Made by a program: the position numbers and the translations under genes. A stretch of DNA of 53,268 nt from Prorocentrum cordatum. Taxonomy: Eukaryota. Below the pieces are notes generated by a model. The model searched no databases. It saw nothing but the letters and a program-made list of their open reading frames with translations, and was not told where the DNA came from. Positions 1 through 12,913 of this stretch are shown here, one piece after another (the first letter of the stretch is position 1; each line of letters begins with the position of its first letter). The stretch spans positions 62,001-115,268 of the forward strand of contig CAUYUJ010000332.1 of the NCBI GenBank assembly GCA_963575745.1, in the 5' to 3' direction.

Positions 1-2156
1 ACGACGGATTTTTTGGTGACTTTCGGTCGGTTAAAAAATTTCTTCTCAAAATTTGATTCGTTAGAGCTCATGACATTCGATCTTATTCCCGCTCGCCATC
101 TTGGTCTCAGCTTGATCGGGTAACTTTAAAGGCCAAAAAACAGGCAAGCGGGGAACGGTCGTTTCGACTCATCTTGATACGCGCTGTTGGTTTTCTCAAG
201 ATAACTTGAGCTTCAGGACAACTACAGAGCTGGTCAACACAACCAATGCATTCAGAATGATCAAGCGCGTTCGCCTGTTAAATCCAGAGGTCTGAACTCG
301 GTCTGCTAACCGAACCAGGGTCGCATTATTCAAGTTATTGTAACAAACGCTCTCGGCTGTTTCGTACTTAACTCGATCTGTAGGGCACAAAACTGATAAT
401 CACAAAAATCGATTGCGAATCGTCGTTGATTCGAATCTTGATACGCGCTGTTGGTTTTCTCAAAATAAATCGAGCTTCAGGACAACTACAGAACTGGTCA
501 ACACAACTAATGCATTCAGAACAATCAAGCGCGTTCGTCTGTTGAATCAAAAGCTCTGAACTCGGCCTGTTTCCCGAACTAGGTTCGCGAATCTATTGAT
601 ATTGTTCGAATCATCTTGAGAAATGCTCTCGGTTTTCTGCACTTAAATCGTGCTGGGGGAAGGCTACAATGCTGCTGGTCACAAAAATCGATTTCGAAAC
701 ATCAAGCGTGTCCCTTCAGCGACTCGAGGGCTCGAAACTCGGTCTGCTGCTCGAACGAGATTCGCGAAACTGTTATATTATCCGAATCATCCTGAGAAAT
801 ACTCTCGATTTTCTACACTTAACTCAGGCTGTATGGGGGAGGGCTGCAAAGCTGGTAATCACAAGCATCGATCCGCAAACATCAAACGCATGAGGTCTGA
901 ACTCAGATTCATACTCGAACTCGATTGGAAAATTCTTCGTTTGTTTTATTAGAATCATCTTGAGTGGTCTATAATCGCTTGGGTGTCTTTTCCACACTGT
1001 ACATTGTCAGGAAACTCTACGAATCCCCCGGCGGTAAAAAAAAAAACGGTCTACCGCGGGCGCCCTATAATTCAAGAAACTGCTTTAAATGATTATAAAT
1101 TTGTCATCTCATCGTTCAAACTCAATTGTAATGTTTTGGTAACAATGTGTCAACACGCAGGCGCTGATCGAGGGATCGAAATGCTCTGCTGATACCGCTT
1201 TTCGTTCGCACGATGCTCTGTCAAACTCGCTTAAACAACTGTTTTGACTCATTACCGTAACTCTGCTTTTGCATACTCTAGAACATCTTGTAATACAAAT
1301 CCTTTCACTCTGCGTGCGACGTGTTCATGCTGCTTACAATAATTACCATCGGCACGATCTTACATCCCTTCAACTGTTTTGGTCATACAATATTGTTCCC
1401 ATCTCGGAATTTCACCTTCGAATTTAGAGAAAACTTATGGATTGGGGTAGCGTGAGACATCAAATCTTCATCAAAATAACTCGTACAACTCTCCTTAGAA
1501 ACTAAGAATAATTCCGGCACGCTCGAAAGCTAATTAGCAAGAAAAATCTCGACAAAATTTTTGGTGACTTTCAATTGATTATAAATATTATTCTTGATTG
1601 AAGAAATCGTTTGAGATCTAATATTTTCTGACGTATTCGATCTTATTCTCGCTCGCCATCTTGAGCTGAGATCGATCGAATCAATATTACTACCGAAAAA
1701 TACTGTGGCGGGATTGGCCGTTTTGAATCATCTCGATACGCGCTGACGGCCTTCTAGATATAATGCGACCTTTAGAACGACTGCAAAACCGCTAAACAAA
1801 ACCAATCGACGTAAAATAATTGGCGCGCTCGCCTGATGAATCCAAAAAGCTGAACTCGGTTTGCTAATCGAACTAGGACCGAAACTTATTCGTATTATTC
1901 TAAACGTCTTGACAAACACTCTCGTTCTGTACCTAACTCAACCTATAGAATAACTACAGAACTGCTATTGGCATAAACGTGCTGGCTGTCACAAAAATCG
2001 ATTCGAACACATCAAACGCGTCCATCTGTCGAATCTATAGCTCGAAACTCGGTCTGCTGCCGAAACAAAACTCCGAAACTACTGTATTCTTCGAATCATT
2101 CTGAGAGGTGCTGTTCTCATCCTGAAAATGCTGCCGGTTTTCTGCTTAACTCGAGC

Positions 2157-2160
<4 letters not shown>
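1..2160. repeat. AT-rich diverged satellite-like block
   Basis: 171-300 repeats at 435-565; CACAAAAATCGATT recurs near 400, 680 and 1990; 8-110 recurs at about 1558-1670. Confidence 0.65.
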
Positions 2161-2202
<42 letters not shown>

Positions 2203-2549
2203 TGATTCGAAATGAATTGTTTGGCACTGATGATTAAACCACGTTTTTTGATGTAACGTTGATTATCCCGAAATGTGGACGGCATGTCCACACTTTAACT
2301 TTAAATTGTGTATAACATATTGTACTTATGGTTTAACAACAATTGATGCTCGCATTCGAAACAATTTAAAAATAATTATATAATTCTAATTGAGAACATA
2401 TTTGATAATATTTAAAATGTCTAGATCGCTGGATCCTTTGATCAACTCAAATAGCAACTTCTGTTTGTACGACGAACACATGCACACACATTATACAATT
2501 GTCTTTCTCCTATGTTGTGTTGTCGATGTTTTTTGTTGTATAGGTGTGC

Positions 2550-2588
<39 letters not shown>

Positions 2589-2717
2589 CACACATACAAC
2601 ATCCATACATACACACAGACACACACACACACTCGCATATATTATATATATATATATATAATATATTATAATATAATATATATATATAGACGACCACAAC
2701 GATGATCCTAACACGGA

Positions 2718-2802
2718 CCGTCCTGGTGTGAATCGTTCGAACTCCTCGTGGTGTCAAGCGTTCGGGCACCTCGTCCTGGTGTGAGTCGTTCGGGCACCTC
2801 GT

Positions 2803-2803
<1 letters not shown>
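2718..2803 (-). repeat. Three inverted units of the 11734-12160 minisatellite
   Basis: TCCTGGTGTGAGTCGTTCGGGCACCTCGT is the reverse complement of the unit. Confidence 0.8.
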
Positions 2804-4245
<1,442 letters not shown>

Positions 4246-4635
4246 ATCCAAGGCAATAGGGAGGCCTCTTGGAGGCAGTTTTGGGGCCTCTTGGGCTCTC
4301 TTTTGGGCCCCTGGGGAACGTCCGAAGGCTCTCTGGGTCGCCTCTTGGAGCGTCTTGGGGGCATGATGAGGCCATCTTGGGGGCGATCGGTCGCAGATGA
4401 GGCGAGCATTTTTCAGTGTCCCCCCCCCCTGGGGGCGACGATCCTCGTGAGGGGTGTCGAATTTTAGCCCTCCCAGGGATAGAACAAGTACCCTCTGACC
4501 ACCCGCGGAAGACCCCCTCCAGGTCCAGGGGGAGGGGGTAAGGGGGAGGGGTAAACCCCTCCCCGAATGGGAAGAAAGGGGGTTGAGAACAGAGCGGACT
4601 CCCTAAACCACTCACGCCCAAAGGGCTGGTGGGAT
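4246..4635 (-). mobile_element. 5' part of the same Helentron/DINE-like family, inverted
   Basis: About 4430-4633 is a diverged reverse complement of 10988-11190, including CTAAACCACTCACGCCCAAAGGGCTGGTGG. Confidence 0.65.
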
Positions 4636-4682
4636 CTATCTATCTTTCTATCTATGTATCTGTCTATCTATCTATCACTATA

Positions 4683-4715
<33 letters not shown>

Positions 4716-4799
4716 CTTTATGTATATGTGTGTATATATATATATATCTCTATCCCTATATATATATAGATATATGTAGATTTCGGGGAGGAGGAACCA

Positions 4800-5834
4800 A
4801 CGTCTCACCCGATCGGTCTCACTATCGATCCCACTATCGGTCTCAGTATCGGTCTCGCTCGGTCGATCTCCCTCGATCGATCTCACAATCGATCTCGCTC
4901 GATCTATTTCACATTGTTCTGATTATCGATCTCACAATCGATCTCACAATCGATATCACATTCGGTCTCACTATCGATCTCACTATCGATAGCACAACCG
5001 CTGTCACAATCGACGTCATCATCATCATCAACAAGAACATCAACATCATCATCACCAACGCCAACATAATCGGGACACCGTCCTCATCATCAACACCAAC
5101 ATCATCATCATCACGGTCATCAATATCATCGGGTCACCACCATCATCATCATCACCATCATCACAATCATCATCATCATCAACATCATCATCATCAACAG
5201 TATCGGGACACGGTCATCGTCATCATCATCATCAGCAGCATCATCATCGGGACACCATCATGATCACCATCGTTATCAACATCATCGTCATTATCATCAT
5301 CTTCGGGACACCATCATCATCATCTCATCATCATCATCGACATCATCATCAGCATCATCAACATCATCGTCAGCATCATCATCATCGTCATCATCGGGGC
5401 ACCATCATCATCATTACCAACATCAGCATCAACATCATCATCATCATCATCATTATCATCAGGACGCCATCATCATCAACATCATCATCATCATCACAAT
5501 AATCATCATCATCGGGGCGTCATAATCATCACCAACCTCATCATCATCATCATCGGGACACAGTCATAATCAGCATCATCAACATCAACATCATCATACT
5601 CAACATCATCGGGGCACCCTCATCGTCATCATCATGATCATCATAATCATCATCATCCCCATCATCAGGAGACCATCAGCATCATCATCATCATCGTCAT
5701 CATCATCGACACCATCATCATCATCGTCGTCGCCATCATCAGCATCACCATCATCATCATCATCGTCATCATCATCATCATCTCATCATCATCATCACCA
5801 TTATCATCATCATCATCTCATCATCATCATCATC

Positions 5835-5878
<44 letters not shown>

Positions 5879-5935
5879 GCGGGACACCGCGGGACATCGA
5901 CGGGACACCAGCGGGACACCGGCGGGACACCGCGC
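4800..5935. repeat. 12-nt minisatellite (ATCGATCTCACW) followed by (CAT)n interspersed with CGGGACACC motifs
   Basis: Directly visible; CGGGACA(C) recurs through the CAT tract and is tandem at 5879-5931. Confidence 0.8.
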
Positions 5936-6204
5936 GCCACCTGCCGCCCGGAAGAGACACATTTGGTCCGGCCGCGCCTCAGCCACAGGAGACTTTCTTC
6001 TCGCCCGCCCACGCAGCTTCGCCTCGCCCGCGCGCGCGGCACGCACGAACACGAAACCGAAATCGATTTCCCGGTAGGGGGTCTCTCCGTTTCACTTCGA
6101 TCTCACCCCTTCACCTCCGACATATATATATATTTATATCTATATATATGAGGGATATAGAGAGAACAATATAGAGAGATGCATAGACGCATGAACATAT
6201 GAGG

Positions 6205-6245
<41 letters not shown>

Positions 6246-6799
6246 TTTTGTTCTCTCTCTCTCTCTCTATATATATATGTATACATACACACATACAAAT
6301 ATATACATACATACATATAGACATATCTACATATATACATGTACATATGTATACATGTATATATGTATATGTATATGTGTATTTATGTATCGGTCTATGT
6401 ATTTTTGTATGTGTATATGTAGGTGTATGTATATGTATGTATGGGTACTTTTTGGTGTATATAATAGCACGCGCTACGCGCGCATACGTTCTAGTCGCAG
6501 ATGAGGCACAGGTGCCGCTGCAAGCGCTGGTGTGGTCACATCGACGATTTCCAGCATTCTCGGGCCTGTGCCATCGACGCCAAAAAAACGCATAATCAGA
6601 ACGCTCTCGCTCTGCCGTTGTGACAAGGCGCAGAGATGCTCCGCTCGCTCTGGCGGAGCCCGTCTGGCGCTCTGGCAGGGCCGTCCCAGGAGAAGAGGGG
6701 GGGGCACGAAAGCTGACGGGTGAAGGGAGGAAGAGGAGAGAGGAGGGAATGGAGGCAAAAAGAGGGGGCGGGAAGGAAGGAGGGACGGATGGGGGAGGC

Positions 6800-8095
6800 C
6801 CGGGCCGGCCATCTGGGCCGTCTTGGAGCGCTTTGGGGCCTTTCGCTCCTGCTTTGTGGCTCAGCTTGGGCCTGTCCTGGGGTTCTCTTGGGCCGTCTGG
6901 GGCTCCTCCTGGACAATTTTCGGGTTCCCTGGGGCCGTCTTGGGGCTCTTTTGGGTTCCTCTTCGGCGGTCTCGGGGCGGTCTTGGGGGCGTCTGCGGCC
7001 GTCTTCGAGCATTGGAAGCTCGAGATCGCAAGAAAGCGTAAAACATCGAACGAACCAATGCAAATCAATGTGGGCCTCTTTGGGCTCTCTTGGGGCGTCT
7101 CTCGGAACTCTCTTGGGCCCTGTTGAAAACCTTTTGGGCTGTGTTTTTGCCGTCTTCAGCTCTTGGGCCACGTTGGAATCATCTCGGCCGCCCTGGAGCG
7201 CTCTGGGGCCTCCCGCTCCCGCTCTGGGGCCCATCTTGTGCTTCTCCTGGGCAGTATTGGGCTGCTCTTGGGCAGTCTTCAGGCTCTCCTGGGCAGTCTT
7301 GGGGCTCCTTTTGGGTCCCTTTCGGTGGTCTTGGGGCGATATTCGGGGCGTCTTCGGACGTCTTGGAGCGTTGGAAGCTCGAGAACGCGAGAAAGCGAAA
7401 AACATTTCAACAAAAAACAACCGAAATCAAGGATATGGGCATCGTCGGGCTCTCTCGGGACGCCTCTCGGAGTTCCCTTGGGCTCTCTCGGAGGGCTCTT
7501 GGGCTGTGTATTGGCCATGTTGGGACCATCTGGGGCCACATTGGGGCCATCAAGGCCGTTTTGGAGCGCCTTGGGGCCTCCCGCTCCCGCTCGGTGGTCC
7601 AACATGGCCTATCCTGGGGCTCTCTTGGGCCGTCTGAGGCTCCTCCCGGGCAATTTTCGGGCTCTCTGGGGCCGTCTTGGGGCTCTGTTGGGGGCCTCTT
7701 CGGCGGTCTTGGGGCGGTCTTGGGGGCGTCGGGGGCCGTCATGGAGCGTCGGGAGGTCGACAACGCGAGACACCGAAAAACATAGAAAAAACACCTGGAA
7801 ATCAAGGATTTGGGCCTCTTTGGGCTCTCTTGGGACGTCTCTCGGAGCTCCCTTCAGGCCTCTTGGAGACCGCTTGGGCTGTGTATTTCCGGTCTCGAAC
7901 CTACCTGGGGCCACGTTGGGGCTATCTGGGCTGTCCAAGTCCCCCTAGGGGCTTCTGGGAGCGTCTGGGAGCTCTCTGGGGCAGTCTTGGGCTGCTCCAA
8001 GGCTGCTCCAGGGTGCTCTGGGAGCGGTCTGGGAAACCCCGGTCCTCGCGCTCGGGCCCCGGCCCCGGGCGCCCGGGCCACGTGCACGGGGACAT
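6800..8095 (-). repeat. TCTTGGGGCC-rich repeat body (reverse complement of the CCAAGA family) with an internal duplication at ~740-bp offset
   Basis: 6875-7145 and 7612-7890 align; ends in a GC-rich palindromic stretch (8040-8092) abutting (TA)n. Confidence 0.6.
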
Positions 8096-8132
8096 TATAT
8101 ATAGATATATATATATATAATATAATATATAA

Positions 8133-8166
<34 letters not shown>

Positions 8167-9292
8167 AAAACAAAAATGAATATACACACATTTCTATATT
8201 TATATATCTATATAAATATGTATAAACAAAACCTGTATATATACACTTCATGGATGCATGCGTCATGTATATGTAGACGAGTGCTCGCGCAATCAACTTA
8301 TTTAGACTCGACTCGACGTCGCGGACCGTGTCTATCGTATCATTTGCATATTGCAAGATCTATCCGCGTTCTTTTGCCAGTAGCGGCCGGCACAAAGCAA
8401 ACGAAGATGCGAACCTAAGGAGGCCGAATGGTCGCTGGGCTGGGATAGGTTTTGGGGTAAACCTAGTGTTGCTCAAAGGCGGCGTTTGAACCTTATCAGG
8501 GGCTAGCCAAGCCTTCAAAACGGCCCCGGCGAGAATGCCAACACATTGACTTACGCAAATGGCGGCAACCTTTTGATCTCCGGTAAATCGGTGTGTGGCA
8601 CTTGGAACCTCACCCTTCTTTGATCGACACTTCCAAGATGGTCCCCAAAATGGTCCCCGAGGCTCCCAAGAGTGCCCCAAGCCGGCTCCGAGAAGTGCCC
8701 TGGAAGGCCCCAAGAGGCCCCCAAAGATGCCCCCAAGAGTCCTCCAAGAAACCTCGAAGAGGCACTATGTTCAGGTTTTGGAAATATTTTGGCCTCTGGA
8801 GAGGGGGGGGGTGCGAGCATTCTGGGCGCGAGTCGTTTAGATTGTTTCCTCTTCTGTCCCTCCTTTTGCCCCTTAGGGGAGGGGTTTGCTCGTCCCCCTG
8901 CCCCTTTTCCCTGGGTCTGGACGGGGGGGGCCTCGAGGGTTTAGAGCGTCCAAAACGGCCTCGGCGAGAAGGCCAACATCATTACCCACTACGGTTGTGG
9001 CAACATTTTGGCCTCGGGGGGGGAAACCGGCGCTAATTTGAACCTCCCCTTTCCTTGATCGACCCCTCCAAGGTGGCCCCAAGATGGTCCCCGAGGCTCC
9101 CATGTGCCCGAAGACGGCTCCAAGAGATGGGCTCCAAGGTGACCCAAAGATGCTGCTAGCAGACACCCCAGAGGCTCCCCAGAGGCACAAAAGCCGTTCC
9201 AAGAGGCCTCGGCGAGACGGCCGACACACATAATTTGAAAAGGCTTTGGTTACATTTAGGCCTTGGGGGGTGCCAGCCCTTTGGACGTGAGT

Positions 9293-10380
9293 AATCCCAC
9301 CAGCCCTCAGGGCGTCGGTGGTCTAAGGAGTTTCCTCTTCCAACCCTCTTTTTCCCCTCTGGGGGCCCCTCCCCCCTGCCCCCTCCCCTGGACCTGGACG
9401 GGGCGCCCCGCGAGGTGTCAGATGACATTTTTCTGCCCAAGATGGCTGAGAACGGGCCTCAAAGAACCCAAGATGACCTATAACATGGGTCAAAATAACC
9501 CAAGATGCCTCAAGTCGGCTCGCAAGATGCTTCAAGCGGCCCCAAGAAACGTTCCAAGACGGCTCCAAAAGGCCTCCGAGGCCTCCCAGGAGGCCTCCAA
9601 GAAGCCCACATCCTTCCCAAATCTACTGGGAATCAATGTTTTTTGTTTTCTTGCCTTTTCGCTTCCCATGACCATCCGAGGCCTCAAGATGGCTCCACGA
9701 TGGCCCAAGAGGGCCCCACGAGAGACCCAGGAGAGCCCCAAAACGGCTCCAAGAACGCCCAAGAATGCTCCCAAAAAACTCGAGGATGCGACTTTTGGGG
9801 CTCCCGAGGAGGGGCCCCAATTGAAGCTCCCCTCTGGTTTGACCGATGTCCTCCAAGATGGCCCCCACATCGCCCCTGAAGCTCCCAACTCTCACGAGGA
9901 TCGTGGCCCCGAGGAGGGAGCCTCGATCGGGACCCCCGCTCCTTTGATCGATATTCTCGAACATGGCCCCAAGAGGCGCCCCAGGGCTCCCAAGAGAACC
10001 CCAAGAGAGCCCCAAGAGGGCTCCAAGAGGGTCCTCAGAGGGCCCCAAGAGGCCCCTGAAAGGGCCCCACGAAGTCCCCGAGCGGTCTCAGAGAGCCCAA
10101 GATGACCCCCAAGATGGCCCTGATAGCCCAAGCTGGCTCAGGGTGGCTCCCAAAATGCTCCAAACGGCCCCAAGACCGCTCCAAGAGAGCCTCAAGAAGC
10201 GGTTTGCTGGCTCCTAAGGGGGAGGCTGAGTTTGGGACCCCCCTCCTGTAATCGATGGCCTCCAAGATGGTCCCAAGAAGCCTTCCAGGGTTACCAAGAA
10301 GGTTCCAAGAGGGCCCCCCAAACTCCCAGAGAGCACCAACAGCAACAAAACCAGCCGCAATAATACCTCTAAGCGGTTCC
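9293..10380 (+). mobile_element. Related element copy (5' end plus CCAAGA-rich body)
   Basis: Begins AATCCCACCAGCCCT...GGTCTAAGGAGTTTCCTCTTCC; body of degenerate GGCCCCAAGA units. Further fragments lie at about 8520-9290. Confidence 0.55.
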
Positions 10381-10427
10381 ATGAATCCTCGTCCGCGTCG
10401 TCCTCATCCTAATCCTCGTCTTCCTCA

Positions 10428-10458
<31 letters not shown>

Positions 10459-10987
10459 GGTCCTCCTCGTCCTCCTCGTCCTCCTCCTCCTCCTTCTCCT
10501 CATCCTCCTCCTCTTCCTCGTCTTCCCCTCGCCCCCACGCGACGCCCAGGGATTGCCCGAAGAGGCCTTCCAAGGCCACCCCTTTGCTTGTCTTGTTTCC
10601 CTCGATCTGTCTCTTCGTCCCTTTTCCCGTCCGCTCTGCATGGCAGGGTTTCTGAATGGACTGGACGCGGATTCGCAGTCGCCGAGCTGAGAGGTCCGGG
10701 CCACGGGCCTGTCAAATTAGCAACGCGCAAGCCTAAAACACAGCGGCCGAGCCCGCACTCAGAACCTACCGCCGGTGGGGCCGCGGGCTGAAGGGGAGCT
10801 GGCTGAACTGACTGCAAACGGCCAGGGTAGCTGATGCACCATGCGAGTGAATTGCTCCAGTGCGCCAGGAGAGGTCGCGACCTGTTCTGTAGCAACAGAA
10901 CTGTTGGGGATATTTTTTTTGGTAGTACCAGCTGTGCGGTCAAGAGAGACCGACAGAGTTACAGCAGAGAATTAGAAACAGGTTGAG

Positions 10988-12362
10988 CCACCAGCCCTTT
11001 GGGCGTGAGTGGTTTAGAGAGCCCGCTCTGTTCTCAACCCCCTTCTTCCCCTTCGGGGAGGGGTTTACCCCTCCCCCTACTCCCTCCCCTGGGCCTGGAG
11101 AGGTCCCTCCGCGGGTCGTCAGGGGAGTCATTTTCGACTCCTGGGAGGGCTAAAAAACGACACCCCTCACGAGGATTCTGGCCCCGACGGGGGGAGGGAG
11201 AAAAAACCCTCTCCTCTTCTGTGAAGCCAGAATCATTGATTTTACTACGGTTTTGGCCCCATTTTGGCCTTCTGAGGGGGCAGCGCTCATGAAAGCTCCC
11301 CTCTTCCTTCAAGGCAAAATCATTGATTTTACGAAGGTTTTGGGCTCATTTTGCCCTTCTGAGGGGGCAGCGCTCATTAAAGCTCCCCTCTTCTTTGATC
11401 CATTCCCTCCAAGATGGCCCCAAGAAGCGCCCAGGAGGCACCAAGAGGCCCCAAGATGGCCCCAAGAGGCCCCCAGGAGGCCCCCAAGAGGCCTCCAAGA
11501 GGCCCCCAAGATGCCCCCAAGAGGCCCCCAAGAGGCCCCAAGAGGCTCCCCCGAGGCACCCAAAACGCTCCTGGAAGCCCCTGGGGCCGCCAAGAGGCCC
11601 CCAAGACGCCCCAAACGGCCTCCAAGAGGCTCCCAAGAGGCCCGAAGAGGCTCCCCCAAGGCACCCAAGACGCTCCTAGAAGCCCCTGGGGCCGCCAAGA
11701 GGCCCCCAAGACGCCCCAAAAGGGGACGAGGTGCCCGAACGCCTCACGCCACGAGGAGCCCGAACGACTCACACCAGGACGAGGGGCCCGAACGACTCAC
11801 ACCACGAAGAGCCCGAACGACTCACACCAGAAGGAGGGGCCCGAACGACTCACACCAGGACGAGGCGCCCGAACGACTCACACCACGAGGAGCCCGAACG
11901 ACTCACACCACGACGAGGGCCCCGAACGACTCACACCACGAGGAGCCCGAACGAGTCACACCAGGAGGAGGGGCCCGAACGACTCACACCAGGACGAGGG
12001 GCCCGAACAACTCACACCACGAGAAGCCCGAACGACTCACACCAGGACGAAGAGCCCGAACGACTCACACCACGAAGAGCCCGAACGACTCACACCAGGA
12101 AGAAGGGCCCGAACGACTCACACCAGGACGAGAAACCCCAAACGACTCAAACCACGAGGAGCGCTTTCTCTCCCTCCTCCTCCGCCTCGTCCTTCTCCCG
12201 CTGCCCCCACAAGGAGGATGTACAAGGAGGCGGGAGGAAGGAGGAACAGGGGGGATATGCGGGGCAAAGCGGACACACGCCTGAAAAACACAACTCTCGG
12301 CATGCTTCGCAAGAGTTGCTGTTGTGAGATGGGCTGGTGGGGATACGCGAAGCGTAAAGAAT
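10988..12362 (+). mobile_element. Non-autonomous Helentron/DINE-like element, near-complete copy
   Basis: 5' CCACCAGCCC (10988-10997) pairs with sub-terminal GGGCTGGTGG (12331-12340), which is followed by hairpin TACGC-GAA-GCGTA (12344-12356). Interior holds GGCCCCAAGA-type repeats and a minisatellite. Flanked by a 23-bp direct repeat. Confidence 0.65.
11734..12160 (+). repeat. Minisatellite, about 16 units of 25 or 28 nt, core CCCGAACGACTCACACCA
   Basis: Directly visible; units end in CGAGGAG-like (25 nt) or GGACGAGGGG-like (28 nt) tails. Confidence 0.9.
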
Positions 12363-12372
12363 TAGAAACAGG

Positions 12373-12386
12373 TTGAGCCAATGGCT
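12373..12386 (-). other. Truncated DinoSL relic behind a pyrimidine tract and AG
   Basis: Minus strand TTTTTTCTGTTTCC-AGCCATTGGCTCAA(C) versus SL AGCCATTTTGGCTCAAG (2-nt deletion). Confidence 0.5.
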
Positions 12387-12569
12387 GGAAACAGAAAAAA
12401 ATCCGAGGCAACGGTCAGGGAGCGGAAGGCGTCGTCTGGGCCAGCAGGCGAGGCTACTGGTGGGGATACTTTTTACTCGGCGGCTCCAAGGAAAAACTCC
12501 AGGGAGCGGTCACAACGTCCGGGCCACGGCGCATTGTAAACTGGTGGGGTTACGCGAAGGGTGAAGAAT

Positions 12570-12913
12570 TGAAGCCCCCTTCTGGCTTGACCGATGTCCT
12601 CCGAAGTGGCTCCCCAAAGCGCCCCTGAAGCTCCCCAAAGCGCCCCAAGAGGCCCCAACAGGGCGCCCAGACGGCCCCAAGAGGCCTCCAAGAGGCATCT
12701 CCGAAGTGCCCAACTCTCCTCCCTTCTTCTCCTTCTCGTCCTCCTCGTCCTCGCCCTACTCCACTTCCCCCCTCTTCCTCCTCCTCCTCCTCCTCCTCCT
12801 CCTCCTCCTCCTCTGGCGACGACGATTCCTCCTCCATCCTCCCCCTCTTGGGGTATATGACGGCTTCCCTCACCTCAACTCCCCTGGGCGCCGTTTCTGG
12901 ATGGGCTGGTGGG
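12570..12913 (+). mobile_element. 3' part of a family copy whose last ~20 nt (16933-16955) were displaced by the retrocopy
   Basis: 12830-12913 aligns with 17527-17650 and stops at GGGCTGGTGGG; the missing GGATACGCGAAGCGT appears at 16936-16950. Confidence 0.6.

Noticed and set aside
1183..1197. GCTCTGCTGATACCG resembling a reverse tRNA-Met primer-binding site
   Set aside because: Imperfect match, with no adjacent TG...CA LTR or gag/pol motifs.
11734..12160. CRISPR-like array
   Set aside because: The 'spacers' are only 7-10 nt and resemble each other; no cas genes; eukaryotic context. It is a minisatellite.
6720..12376. 200-340 aa ORFs rich in PKRPQE or LGASWG
   Set aside because: They derive from the GGCCCCAAGA repeat body, which lacks stops in several frames.
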